Under the pieces are notes generated by a model, which made no database searches, was not told where the DNA came from, and saw nothing but the letters and a program-made list of their open reading frames with translations. A stretch of 64,000 bases of DNA from Candidatus Woesebacteria bacterium RBG_16_42_24 (lineage in GTDB: Bacteria > Patescibacteriota > Microgenomatia > UBA8517): contig MGFX01000006.1 in NCBI GenBank assembly GCA_001792115.1, positions 18,537-82,536 of the forward strand. The letters are read 5' to 3'. The translations under genes and the position numbers were made by a program. This document shows, in pieces, positions 1 through 8,713 of this stretch (positions within the stretch are counted from its first letter, which is position 1; every line of letters begins with the position of its first letter).

Positions 1-3
1 CAC

Positions 4-1125
4 ATGGTTTTTAAGGGCAGCAAGAAGCGTCCCTCTGCCAAAGAGATTTTTGGAGCAGTTGATGCAATTGGTGGAGACTTCAACGCTGCTACGAGTAAAG
101 ACTGGACCAATTTCTATATTAAAGTTCGATCTTCGAACCTAGAAGAAGCATTCGACGTACTTTCCGACATGATTCTAAATCCGCTGCTTTTGACTGAGGA
201 GCTAGAGCGGGAGAAGGGGGTAATTGTCGAAGAACTAAGGATGCATGAAGATACACCGATGATACATATTGGTGACGTTTTTGAGCAACTTATTTTTCAA
301 GGAAATTCCTTAGGACGGGATATTATTGGCACAGAAAAAACCATAAGAAGTGTTAAAAGAGATGATTTTGTACGATATAGATCGATATATTATCACACTA
401 GAAATATGCTCCTCACTATTGCGGGCGGGGTCAAGGAACATGATGTAACCAATTTGACCAATAAGTATTTTAGGGACCTTAATAGTTTAGGGAGGACGGT
501 TAAGGGAAAAAACTTCAGATCTTCACAAAAAAAGCCTATGGTAAAACTTCACTCAAAGAAGAAAGAACAGGGCCATTTTATTCTGGGGTATTTGGGTAAT
601 GGAAGAACATATGAAGGAAAATACATCGACTCTGTCTTAGCAGTAATCCTAGGGGGAGGAGCAAGCTCCAGGCTCTTTATTGAGGTAAGGGAGAGAAGGG
701 GATTGGCTTATGCCGTAAAAACGAGCTTCGAAAGATATTTAGAAACAGGGTATATAGGAACTCAGGCAGGAGTAGATGTAAAAAGGATTGATGAAGCGAT
801 TAAAGTAACATTGGGTGAGCATTACAAGCTTGCAAATGGAAAGTCTCCGATTAGCGCAAAAGAGCTTAAAAAGGCAAAGGAATTTATAAAAGGCAATGTA
901 GCTTTGAGCCTAGAGGACACAAGAGATGTAGATAGCTTTTTTGGCGAACAGGCCCTTTTTCTTGAAGAGGTGCTTACGCCCGAAGAGGTATTCAAAAAGA
1001 TTGATGCGGTAAGTGTCGAGGACGTTGTACGTGCGGCTAAGAAGCTTTTTAGGCAAGATCGGCTCAATTTGGCCATCATTGGGCCTTACGAAAGTCAAGA
1101 GCGTTTTGAAAAACTAATTAAATGA
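4..1125 (+). CDS. M16 (insulinase/pitrilysin) family peptidase, C-terminal domains; 5' end lies outside the window
   Basis: ORF runs from the window edge; the GxxGGxxSSRLFxxxRExxGLAY-type motif is typical of M16 peptidase C-terminal (inactive) domains. Confidence 0.55.
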   Translation: MVFKGSKKRPSAKEIFGAVDAIGGDFNAATSKDWTNFYIKVRSSNLEEAFDVLSDMILNPLLLTEELEREKGVIVEELRMHEDTPMIHIGDVFEQLIFQGNSLGRDIIGTEKTIRSVKRDDFVRYRSIYYHTRNMLLTIAGGVKEHDVTNLTNKYFRDLNSLGRTVKGKNFRSSQKKPMVKLHSKKKEQGHFILGYLGNGRTYEGKYIDSVLAVILGGGASSRLFIEVRERRGLAYAVKTSFERYLETGYIGTQAGVDVKRIDEAIKVTLGEHYKLANGKSPISAKELKKAKEFIKGNVALSLEDTRDVDSFFGEQALFLEEVLTPEEVFKKIDAVSVEDVVRAAKKLFRQDRLNLAIIGPYESQERFEKLIK

Positions 1126-2192
1126 GAGGGTTAGAATTTCCAATAATAGGCACGAAAATTCCCCACGTTACTAAAAAATTTGATCTAACAAGCCCCAAAG
1201 GAAGGAAAGAGTACTTCAAAGCTAAATCTGGTGAAGAAATTAGGAGTCTTAAAAAATATTTGAAAAAGAGTAATTTTATAGCTTATCTTATTGGTAAAAA
1301 GAATTCAGGTAAAGGAACTTATGCTAAATTATTTATTGAAATATTTGGAGAAGAAAATGTTACCCACCTTTCAGTGGGGGATTTGGTTCGTGAATATGGT
1401 GCGAATTGGGACAGGTTCTCTAAAAGCAAGTCTTTGGTAAAGCTTAAGAGTTTATATAGAGGTTATGTTTCTTTCGACGAAGCTATAAAACAATTATTGA
1501 GTAGAAGTACTAAAAGTCTTTTGCCTACAGAATTTATTCTGGCTTTACTTAAGTTGCGAATAGGAGAACTCAAAGGTAAAAGTATTTTTGTAGACGGCTT
1601 ACCGAGAGAGCTAGATCAGGTTTCCTACTCGCTTTTCTTTAGGGACTTAGCGGGCTACACCGAGGCTCCGGATTTTTTTGTCTTGATAGATATTCCCGAG
1701 GCTGTTATCGATGAGAGGATTAAATATAGAGTGGTTTGTCCCTTATGTAACACTTCAAGAAACAAAAAACTCCTCATTACGAGTAAAGTTGGTTATGATT
1801 CTAAAAGAAGAGAATTTTATCTTTCGTGCGACAATCCAAGCTGTAATAGTGCAAGGATGGAAAAGAAAGAAGGCGACGAGCTTGGAATAGAGCCAATAAG
1901 ACCAAGGCTAATAAAAGACGAGGAGATTTTAAAATCAGTTTTTTCCCTACATGGTATAGGCAGAATTTTATTAAGAAATCACGTTCCCAAAGGTTTAGCA
2001 AAAAAATATTTTGACGACTACGAGCTTACTCCGGAATACGTGCTTAAATGGGACAATTCAAGAAAAAGGGTTAAGGTGATTGAAAAGCCTTGGACAGTAG
2101 TTGACGATGAGGGGAAAGAAAGCTTTAGTCTCATGGCTCCTGTCGTATTTATAAGCTTATTAAAACAGTTGGCAGAGGTATTAAATATCTAA
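1122..2192 (+). CDS. adenylate kinase-like nucleoside monophosphate kinase with a Zn-ribbon lid
   Basis: P-loop-like LIGKKNSGKGTYAK, NMP-binding VGDLVRE, and FVDGLPRELDQ (compare adenylate kinase LLDGFPRT); lid CPLCN...SCDNPSCNS; ATGA start/stop overlap with the upstream gene. Confidence 0.5.
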   Translation: MRGLEFPIIGTKIPHVTKKFDLTSPKGRKEYFKAKSGEEIRSLKKYLKKSNFIAYLIGKKNSGKGTYAKLFIEIFGEENVTHLSVGDLVREYGANWDRFSKSKSLVKLKSLYRGYVSFDEAIKQLLSRSTKSLLPTEFILALLKLRIGELKGKSIFVDGLPRELDQVSYSLFFRDLAGYTEAPDFFVLIDIPEAVIDERIKYRVVCPLCNTSRNKKLLITSKVGYDSKRREFYLSCDNPSCNSARMEKKEGDELGIEPIRPRLIKDEEILKSVFSLHGIGRILLRNHVPKGLAKKYFDDYELTPEYVLKWDNSRKRVKVIEKPWTVVDDEGKESFSLMAPVVFISLLKQLAEVLNI

Positions 2193-2193
2193 T

Positions 2194-2496
2194 ATGAATG
2201 CGGAACAAGGGAAACCCTTCGGAGAAGCCTACATGGCCTCTTACGCAGAGGTACCACAAGAACCAGTCAGAGATGAATCTGTTGCTATAAAAAAATTATC
2301 AGGACATCTCAGGCTCTTTGATCCTTTAGATATAGACCGCGCTAGGAATTGGTACCATTCAAATTACGAGAGCTTGTGCCTGGCATATGGTGAAGATAGG
2401 GTTAATGGTTTTCTTTTAAGTATGGCCTTCGGAGTTCCTGATAAACCTGGTCGGGGTGCTGGGAATTCCTGTCCGCCTCTGGCGGAGAACCCTTGA
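2194..2496 (+). CDS. hypothetical protein
   Basis: 100-aa ORF immediately downstream of the kinase; no recognisable motif. Confidence 0.3.
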   Translation: MNAEQGKPFGEAYMASYAEVPQEPVRDESVAIKKLSGHLRLFDPLDIDRARNWYHSNYESLCLAYGEDRVNGFLLSMAFGVPDKPGRGAGNSCPPLAENP

Positions 2497-2501
2497 TTCA
2501 G

Positions 2502-2573
2502 TCGGGGTAGCTGGATTCGAACCAGCGGCCTCATCGTCCCGAACGATGCGCGCTACCACTGCGCTATACCCCG
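2502..2573 (-). tRNA. tRNA-Pro (anticodon CGG)
   Basis: Reverse complement folds as a cloverleaf: acceptor CGGGGTA/TACCCCG, D-arm GCGC-AGTGGTA-GCGC, anticodon loop TTCGGGA, T-arm GCTGG-TTCGAAT-CCAGC. Confidence 0.8.
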
Positions 2574-2652
2574 GCGTTGTTAATTTTCAAGGGAAACGTG
2601 GCGTGGTACCGATCCACCACACCCCGAGTTTACCCTGAGCGGAGTCGAAGGG

Positions 2653-2724
2653 TGCCCCTGGCCAGAATTGAACTGACATCCTCAGCTTAGGACGCCGCTG
2701 CTCTGTCCGTTGAGCTACAGGGGC
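2653..2724 (-). tRNA. tRNA-Arg (anticodon CCU)
   Basis: Reverse complement: acceptor GCCCCTG/CAGGGGC, D-arm GCTC...GAGC, anticodon loop GTCCTAA, T-arm GTCAG-TTCAATT-CTGGC; one G.A mismatch at the base of the anticodon stem. Confidence 0.7.
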
Positions 2725-2753
2725 TTAGTTAGCGCTATTTTACCACAAAGAGG

Positions 2754-3980
2754 TTATTTTATAGTTACTGCGTAGAGGTTGGGGAGGGTGTCGGTAGCAC
2801 CGAGATTTGTGAGAATAATAATTCTGTCGGTAGAGAGAATCGGAAATGCGTTTGGGGTAATATACGAGCCAGAATAGACAACCTGACGGTTGGTCCCATC
2901 GTAGTCCATGATTGTTACCTTCCCTTCTTGAGCCAATACCAGGTGGCCTGAAGTTGAGAACCAGGTAAGTTTTGGAATAGAATTTCCAGTTTCCACAATT
3001 TCTGAATTGGTTACTCTATTCCAGTTTCCAATTTGGGTTTCTTCTTCCGAAATCAAAAAATTTCTGTCTTCTTTGATATCGTAAACATAAGTTCTACCCT
3101 CCTTAATATCCCTTTCTTGTTTTTGGGTTGAGGCGCCTGGGAGCTCTTTGACTACCCCCGATGGAATTATAGCCTCCGAGCTTGCCTGGTAGAGAATTTT
3201 GGTCTCATCAGGGGAGAAGGTTAAATATTTCGTTTTCCTAGTTAAAATATCGGCAATTTCGGGATGCAAGCTTTTGACTTGTGCAGCGAGTTTTAAATCA
3301 GCCTTCTTTTGCCACTCGGCAAGTAGTTCCTCTTTCTTTGTGGCGACATTTACCCTCTCCCTTTGGGGGGTGAATGTCCCCGCATCGAGCACAAAAACTC
3401 CTGTGAGTGTGGTTAGCATTATTTCCCTTCCGTCCGGAGAAAATGTCCAAGTAGCGCCTCTCAAATCGCCATCTGTAATTTGCCTTGGTTCTCGGGCAAA
3501 TCCAAGAGGAAGATTTAGAGTGTCTATGACCCAGAGACCCCCACTATCATTTCCATTTGCAACCGCTACCGAATAGGCAATTCTTCCGAAGTCGGACGAA
3601 GCAACGGGGAAAATACTTCCCGAGAAACTTACGGGTGTTAAGGAGGGGACTGACTTAAATAGATGGGCGATAGCCTCTGTAACAATTTCCTTTTGAATTT
3701 CTAACCTCTTACCCCAGGTAATATAACCCTCTTTTCTGAATTCTATATCGTAAGTGCCTGGAGAGAGCGAGATTGTTGTATCTGTTGCATTTACTAGCTC
3801 GCCATTTACAAAAACCTGGGCGCCTGATGGATCAGATTCAACCACCAAAAGGCCATTTGGGCTAAATTTAAAGGTTTTTATATCAAACCTGTAACCTCTT
3901 GCATAAAGAGATACAAAAAGTCCCAGAACGCCGACTACAATTAAGGTTATCAAAAAAACTGCAACTCTGACTTTTGTCAC
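2754..3980 (-). CDS. PEGA-domain membrane-anchored protein with a beta-propeller-like C-terminal region
   Basis: N-terminal transmembrane helix followed by a PEGA-like segment (SDPSGAQVFVNGELVNATDTTISLSPGTYDIEFRKEGY); divergent from mreB. Confidence 0.55.
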   Translation of the reverse strand: MTKVRVAVFLITLIVVGVLGLFVSLYARGYRFDIKTFKFSPNGLLVVESDPSGAQVFVNGELVNATDTTISLSPGTYDIEFRKEGYITWGKRLEIQKEIVTEAIAHLFKSVPSLTPVSFSGSIFPVASSDFGRIAYSVAVANGNDSGGLWVIDTLNLPLGFAREPRQITDGDLRGATWTFSPDGREIMLTTLTGVFVLDAGTFTPQRERVNVATKKEELLAEWQKKADLKLAAQVKSLHPEIADILTRKTKYLTFSPDETKILYQASSEAIIPSGVVKELPGASTQKQERDIKEGRTYVYDIKEDRNFLISEEETQIGNWNRVTNSEIVETGNSIPKLTWFSTSGHLVLAQEGKVTIMDYDGTNRQVVYSGSYITPNAFPILSTDRIIILTNLGATDTLPNLYAVTIK

Positions 3981-4129
3981 GACCTAATTGTACACTATTT
4001 GAAGCTGTTTTGCCCACTTGTTGCCCCTTAAAAATCTTCATATAATGCGACGGCAAAGGGATTAGTGCATAGTGGGAGGAGCATAGTCTAAAACATCATA
4101 AGATATCAAAATAAATCAGTTTTTCAGGT

Positions 4130-4227
4130 TATCAGTTAATCGGATTTCTGTTGATCGGTTGACCGGATTAAATCTGACAATCAGAGAAACTGGAGTCTGA
4201 AAACCCGATAAACCGATAAACTGGAAT
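4130..4227 (+). promoter_or_regulatory. AT-rich dyad-symmetric leader motif (copy C) immediately upstream of the mreB start; related to copies at 41033-41121 and 60258-60355
   Basis: Contains ccgataaaccgataaactggaatATG plus upstream cagttaatcgg/gaccggat half-sites; no Shine-Dalgarno sequence before the ATG. Confidence 0.35.
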
Positions 4228-5235
4228 ATGTTACGAAAAAACATCGCCATTGACCTAGGCACAGCCAACACCCTTGTTTGGGTGGCTGGTGAGGGGCTTG
4301 TTGCTAACGAACCCACAGTGGTCGCAATCTCGGCCGAAGACAGTAAAGTTGTAGCCGTTGGCGAGGACGCGAAAAGGATGCTTGGTCGTACTCCGGAAAG
4401 CTTGATTGCCAGCCGTCCCATGAGGGAAGGGGTCATTGCAGATTATCAGGTGACAGAGGCGATGCTTCGCTATTTTATCGGTAAAGTCACGGGGCGTTTT
4501 CAGTTATTTAAGCCAGAAGTAATGGTTTGTGTACCAGCCGGGTGTACGCAAGTAGAAAGAAGGGCCGCGCTTGACGCGACTCTCGCCGCTGGAGCATCGC
4601 ACGCCTATCTAATAGATGAACCATTGGCAGCAGCGATAGGCGCTGGGATCCCAGTTTCTGCGCCTTCTGGACATATGATAATCGACTCCGGAGGAGGAGC
4701 GACTGAAGCTGCTGTGATTTCTTTAGGAGGAGTAGTCGTTCATAAAAGCGTAAGGATTGCTGGAAACAAGATTGATGAAGCTATTCAAGATTATCTTAAA
4801 AAGACGCACAATCTGATAGTGGGAGACCAGACCGCCGAGGACATTAAGATTAAGATAGGTTCTGCAACGACTCTTGCCAAAGAAGAAAAGCTCGAAATTT
4901 CTGGTCGCGACTTGGTCTTTGGACTCCCAAGAAGCCTGGTAATCACCTCTGGAGAGATTACCGAGGCTATAAGAGGCCCACTCATGCAGATAATTGGAGC
5001 TGTTAAGGCGGTTTTGGAAGATACTCCGCCGGAGCTTGCAGCGGATATAATAGATAAAGGAATAGTCATGAGTGGAGGCACGGGCTTACTTCGTAATTTT
5101 AACAAGCTTATGACAGAAGAAACTGGAGTTCCTGCGCACGTTGCTGAAGACCCAATGCTTTGTGTGGTAAGGGGGACAGGCTTAGTACTTGAGAATATAG
5201 AACTTTGGAAGAGGAGTGTGACAACAAAGAGGTAA
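4228..5235 (+). CDS. mreB: rod-shape-determining protein MreB (actin-like ATPase)
   Basis: N-terminus IAIDLGTANTLVW, phosphate-2 motif DSGGG, full length 335 aa. Confidence 0.9.
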   Translation: MLRKNIAIDLGTANTLVWVAGEGLVANEPTVVAISAEDSKVVAVGEDAKRMLGRTPESLIASRPMREGVIADYQVTEAMLRYFIGKVTGRFQLFKPEVMVCVPAGCTQVERRAALDATLAAGASHAYLIDEPLAAAIGAGIPVSAPSGHMIIDSGGGATEAAVISLGGVVVHKSVRIAGNKIDEAIQDYLKKTHNLIVGDQTAEDIKIKIGSATTLAKEEKLEISGRDLVFGLPRSLVITSGEITEAIRGPLMQIIGAVKAVLEDTPPELAADIIDKGIVMSGGTGLLRNFNKLMTEETGVPAHVAEDPMLCVVRGTGLVLENIELWKRSVTTKR

Positions 5236-5700
5236 AGCCCTTTTATAGGAACTAGAGGGTGCTAATTTACCCCTAAAAACCGAGGAAATACGGAAAAAAA
5301 TCATCACGGATGGTATAAATTGGGAAATTGGTGGAGTAGGAATATTCTTGATATTAGGTTGTATAGTAATTATGGTGATATCATCTACCAAGTGGATAAT
5401 TTGAGGATAAGAGAAATATCTTCCTATATAAATTTCGATGAAAAAATGTGTACAAAAAAGGCTAAATACAGGAATATTAAAAAGCATTAATATAACCTCT
5501 AGTATACGTTTTGATTAACGAGAATCAGTAAATGGGAGGAATGAAGCAGTATGAATAGACCGAATTTAACGCAATAGATATAGGATACTATATAGTACAT
5601 CATATTAAGTTATAATATAAATAGTAGTTGAGGCTAAATGACCTTAAAGACAGAAAAATCGAGTGTGATACACTAAAAAGCAAATAGAACCCAAAATAAA

Positions 5701-6591
5701 GTGTTAAAAATTGACCGAAAATACGGGAATATCCTAGGAATTAATATTAGTAGCACTCCAAGAAGCAGAGTGCTAACGTTAGTACGCTCTAGGCTCGCTA
5801 GTAAAAGAAAATTCTACATTGTTACCCCAAATCCGGAGATTGTTTTGAAAGCCGTGAGTGATAAAAGGTTGGCCAAAATTATTAATAGTGCCGACTTGGC
5901 GATCGCCGACGGGGTGGGACTTGTTCAAGCTGCTAAGTTCTTATCGATGGCTAGTCCTAAAAATAGTTTTCTAAAGATTCCTTTTTGCTTTTTTCAAGGA
6001 CTTTGGGTGGGTTTGGCGACCTTTTTGGATAAGGACTGGCTTTTTAGGGAACTAAGACCCATTAAGGGTAGGGAAATGTTTCTAGAATTAGTCAGACTTG
6101 CTAATAAGAAAGGCTGGAGGGTGTTTTTATTGGGTGGGGAACACGGGGAGGCAGAGGAGACTGCCAAAAAACTCCAAAGGAGTTATAAGGCTGTTACGTT
6201 TGCATGGCGCGAGGGGCCAATTTTTGATAAAGAAGGCCTAGCGATTTCGGCGGCGGGTCTTAATGAAGAAAAGGAGGCGGTTTATGCAATTAACGAATTT
6301 CAACCAGAGTTACTATTTGTGGCGCTTGAGACTCCAAAACAAGAGAAATGGGTTAGTAGGTGGTTGCCTAAGCTTTCAATTGGGGGAGCTATGGTTGTAG
6401 GTGGAGCTTTTAGGTATATTGCAGGGCAGGCGCCTTTACCCCCCAAATGGATGGAAGAGGTTGGCCTTGAATGGGTCTGGAGACTGATTACCGAACCTTG
6501 GAGAATAGGAAGAGTTCTAAACGCTTGGCCCATCTTCCCACTGAGGGTATTTTTGTACAAAATAACTATTGACACCCCTGAAGCTCTTTGA
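5701..6591 (+). CDS. WecB/TagA/CpsF-family glycosyltransferase (N-acetylmannosaminyltransferase-like)
   Basis: Family-typical blocks: NPE..., ADLAIADGVGLV, LGG..., WRxxxEPWR near the C-terminus; the true start may be an upstream non-ATG codon. Confidence 0.75.
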   Translation: MLKIDRKYGNILGINISSTPRSRVLTLVRSRLASKRKFYIVTPNPEIVLKAVSDKRLAKIINSADLAIADGVGLVQAAKFLSMASPKNSFLKIPFCFFQGLWVGLATFLDKDWLFRELRPIKGREMFLELVRLANKKGWRVFLLGGEHGEAEETAKKLQRSYKAVTFAWREGPIFDKEGLAISAAGLNEEKEAVYAINEFQPELLFVALETPKQEKWVSRWLPKLSIGGAMVVGGAFRYIAGQAPLPPKWMEEVGLEWVWRLITEPWRIGRVLNAWPIFPLRVFLYKITIDTPEAL

Positions 6592-6662
6592 TATCGTCTG
6601 ATTAACTTAGGTTATGCCTTAGCCTTGGGACTATAACAAATGCGACTTAAGTGATTTAAAGC

Positions 6663-6884
6663 ATGGCAGATGAAGCTAAAAAGAAAAAAGTAAAGTTGGA
6701 TGATCTTCCTGATCTTCTGACAGTCCGAGAGGTTGCAGATATATTGCGTGTTTCCCCATTAACCATCAAAAGGTGGGGCAAGCGCGGTAAGCTTCCCGCA
6801 ATCCGCATAAACTCCCGGGGAGATAGGCGCTACAAAAAAGAAGCCATCCTCTGGTTGTTAGGCATGCAAGAGAAGACTGAATAG
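6663..6884 (+). CDS. small helix-turn-helix DNA-binding protein (excisionase/MerR-like HTH_17 type)
   Basis: LTVREVADILRVSPLTIKRW is a classic Xis/MerR-type HTH; 73 aa; its 3' end is duplicated at 7757-7819. Confidence 0.55.
   Translation: MADEAKKKKVKLDDLPDLLTVREVADILRVSPLTIKRWGKRGKLPAIRINSRGDRRYKKEAILWLLGMQEKTE
6822..6884. repeat. direct repeat, copy 1 (3' end of the HTH gene); 47-nt identical core shared with 7757-7803
   Basis: gataggcgctacaaaaaagaagccatcctctggttgttaggcatgca is identical at 6822-6868 and 7757-7803; similarity continues to the gaatag stop. Confidence 0.85.
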
Positions 6885-6909
6885 ATCCAATTTGGTATAA
6901 TATGGGTGT

Positions 6910-7131
6910 ATGTCGATTGTAAAACACCTTCATAAATACTTCTGGGATATAAATCCCCGTAAGTCCAGGCCAAAGACCCATCCGAAGTTCTACATAACCA
7001 GAATATTGGAGCTTGGGGATGCGAAGGCCCTTACTTGGCTGAAAGGCGTCTTTGGAGCAAAAAAGGTGGCTAAAGTCGGAAATAAGGCCAAGCTGTCTTC
7101 GAAATCCAAGAACTTTTTGCCTTATGTTTGA
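6910..7131 (+). CDS. small partner protein of nucleotidyltransferase module 1 (putative antitoxin-like)
   Basis: 73-aa ORF; stop overlaps the downstream ATG (ATGTTTGA); shares an ILxLGDxxAxxW block with the small proteins at 29450-29707 and 29833-30123. Confidence 0.45.
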   Translation: MSIVKHLHKYFWDINPRKSRPKTHPKFYITRILELGDAKALTWLKGVFGAKKVAKVGNKAKLSSKSKNFLPYV

Positions 7132-7735
7132 GAAGGTCTTGCTCCCGGCTACCCTGGGACTGGTTAAAAAACTGACACCAGACTCGTTTCCCGAAGGTTC
7201 GTATCTGGGAGGGGGGACGGCCGTTGCTTTGCAGTTGGGCCACCGACGCTCCGCAGATTTGGACTTTTTCACCGCTTACGAATTCATCGAAAGCCAGTGG
7301 GAACAAAAACTGGCAAAGGAGCTGCGGTTTAAACTTCTAAAAAGAGACTGGCAAACTCTAATAGGAGCCTGCGGTGAGGTAAAAATATCCCTTTTTGGAT
7401 ATAAGTACCCCCTCATCGGCAAAAAAGAAAGGTTTTTTGATATGGAGGTTGCTTCGCTACCGGATCTTGCGGCGATGAAGCTGGATACCGTAATTTCAAG
7501 GGGGGCAAAGAGAGATTTAATCGATATCTACTTTCTGGCTCAAAAATTCGGCCTGGACAAACTTTTTGAATACTACGACAAGAAGTATAAAAATTTTCAG
7601 GAAAGGGAAATTATGATTAAAAAAGCCTTGGTTTACTTTGAGGAGGCCAAAGACGATGAAATGCCGGATATGCTTGTCAAGACGGATTGGGAAGAAATAA
7701 AAAGGTGGTTTAGAGAAAAAGTTTCTAAACCTTAG
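7124..7735 (+). CDS. minimal nucleotidyltransferase, AbiEii/AbiGii (DUF1814)-like, module 1
   Basis: GGTAVALQLGHRRSADLDF matches the GS-x9-13-DxD nucleotidyltransferase motif in GGTAL form; start placed at the internal ATG at 7124 by analogy with the paralogs (about 30 aa before GGT); the ORF-track start at 7052 is probably an over-extension. Confidence 0.6.
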   Translation: MFEKVLLPATLGLVKKLTPDSFPEGSYLGGGTAVALQLGHRRSADLDFFTAYEFIESQWEQKLAKELRFKLLKRDWQTLIGACGEVKISLFGYKYPLIGKKERFFDMEVASLPDLAAMKLDTVISRGAKRDLIDIYFLAQKFGLDKLFEYYDKKYKNFQEREIMIKKALVYFEEAKDDEMPDMLVKTDWEEIKRWFREKVSKP

Positions 7736-7756
7736 GCCACGCATCAATTCCTGCGG

Positions 7757-7819
7757 CGATAGGCGCTACAAAAAAGAAGCCATCCTCTGGTTGTTAGGCA
7801 TGCAGGAAAAAGTGGAATA
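7757..7819. repeat. direct repeat, copy 2 (duplicated 3' end of the HTH gene) downstream of module 1
   Basis: See copy 1; a third degenerate copy (atgcaggagaagagcgaatag) lies at 7870-7890. Confidence 0.85.
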
Positions 7820-7823
7820 GGCT

Positions 7824-7858
7824 TCTTGCCCTTCCGAAGCTCAAAGAGCGAAGGAGGG
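7824..7858. repeat. 35-nt fragment nearly identical to an internal segment of fmt (60735-60768)
   Basis: cttgcccttccgaagctcaaagagcgaaggagggt versus cttgcccttccgaagccgaaaggcgaaggagggt inside the fmt coding sequence. Confidence 0.7.
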
Positions 7859-8017
7859 TGGCTTCTAGGGATGCAGGAGAAGAGCGAATAGCCTACAGCT
7901 TTAAAAGAACAGGCTTTGCAAGGCACTTCAAAAGATGGATATAGATAGAACATAGGTAATAAATGGGTGGTTTCGGAGAATGAAGGGAATTTAAGTTCTA
8001 CAAACAGTATAAATCTT

Positions 8018-8644
8018 TCAGCGGTTTTCTTTAAATTCGCCCCTGGCTACGATTCCTTCAACGGAGAGGTCGTCAACTGATTCCAGCGACATTATTACAA
8101 AATTTTTGAATTGATTTGGGTTAGGGTTTGTGCCAACTAGAGATTCTTCGATTTGTAGAAGATAAGAGCCGTCGTCTTGTCTTAAGAGTTTTGCGAGGGG
8201 GGTTAAGCTCGACTTTTCTGCATCGCTATCTAGCCAAATCTGAAGGAAAACTCCCTCTGGTGGTTCAAAGCCCAACGGACTTATTTCAACGATCCATTCT
8301 ATTCTGTCAGCATCTATATTCCTGCTAATCTTGCCGTATTCATTTCCCGAATCAACCCCAATTAACGCGATTGTTTGAGTATTGATAGTAGAAGAGGGCT
8401 CTTCCTGCGTAACCTCCTTATTTTGAGGTTTTAAAAGGGGTATTAAGGTAATACTTAAAACGCCAGCAATCAAAATAAGAGCGATGACTAAAACTAGATA
8501 AAGAATAGTCTTCTTTTTCGACCCTTGATTATCAGGAAGCACTGGTCCGGGAATCGGAGCTGGATATGGAGATGGAACAGGAGCTGTTACTGGTGGTTGG
8601 GAAGACAATCCCTGAGAAGTATTTTGGTCTGGCAGAATATCCAT
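8018..8644 (-). CDS. hypothetical single-pass membrane protein (Pro-rich N-terminus, extracytoplasmic C-terminal domain)
   Basis: Pro-rich segment, hydrophobic helix LYLVLVIALILIAGVLSITLI, no catalytic motif. Confidence 0.45.
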   Translation of the reverse strand: MDILPDQNTSQGLSSQPPVTAPVPSPYPAPIPGPVLPDNQGSKKKTILYLVLVIALILIAGVLSITLIPLLKPQNKEVTQEEPSSTINTQTIALIGVDSGNEYGKISRNIDADRIEWIVEISPLGFEPPEGVFLQIWLDSDAEKSSLTPLAKLLRQDDGSYLLQIEESLVGTNPNPNQFKNFVIMSLESVDDLSVEGIVARGEFKENR

Positions 8645-8713
8645 ATTTGTTGATAATATGAGTTTATTTCTGGAAGAGATACTTTGTCAATAATTCAAGA
8701 TTGAGGTTTCTAG

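Noticed and set aside
2456-2638. 60-aa plus-strand ORF
   Set aside because: It lies entirely across tRNA-Pro and the flanking tRNA sequence on the opposite strand, so it is a spurious reading frame.
3199-3576. 125-aa ORF antisense to the PEGA-domain gene
   Set aside because: It is embedded antisense within a longer, well-supported CDS and has no independent support.
7052-7123. Upstream extension of the module-1 nucleotidyltransferase ORF (the track start at 7052)
   Set aside because: It overlaps the small partner gene in another frame for 72 nt. The paralogs begin about 30 aa before the GGT motif, which matches the internal ATG at 7124.
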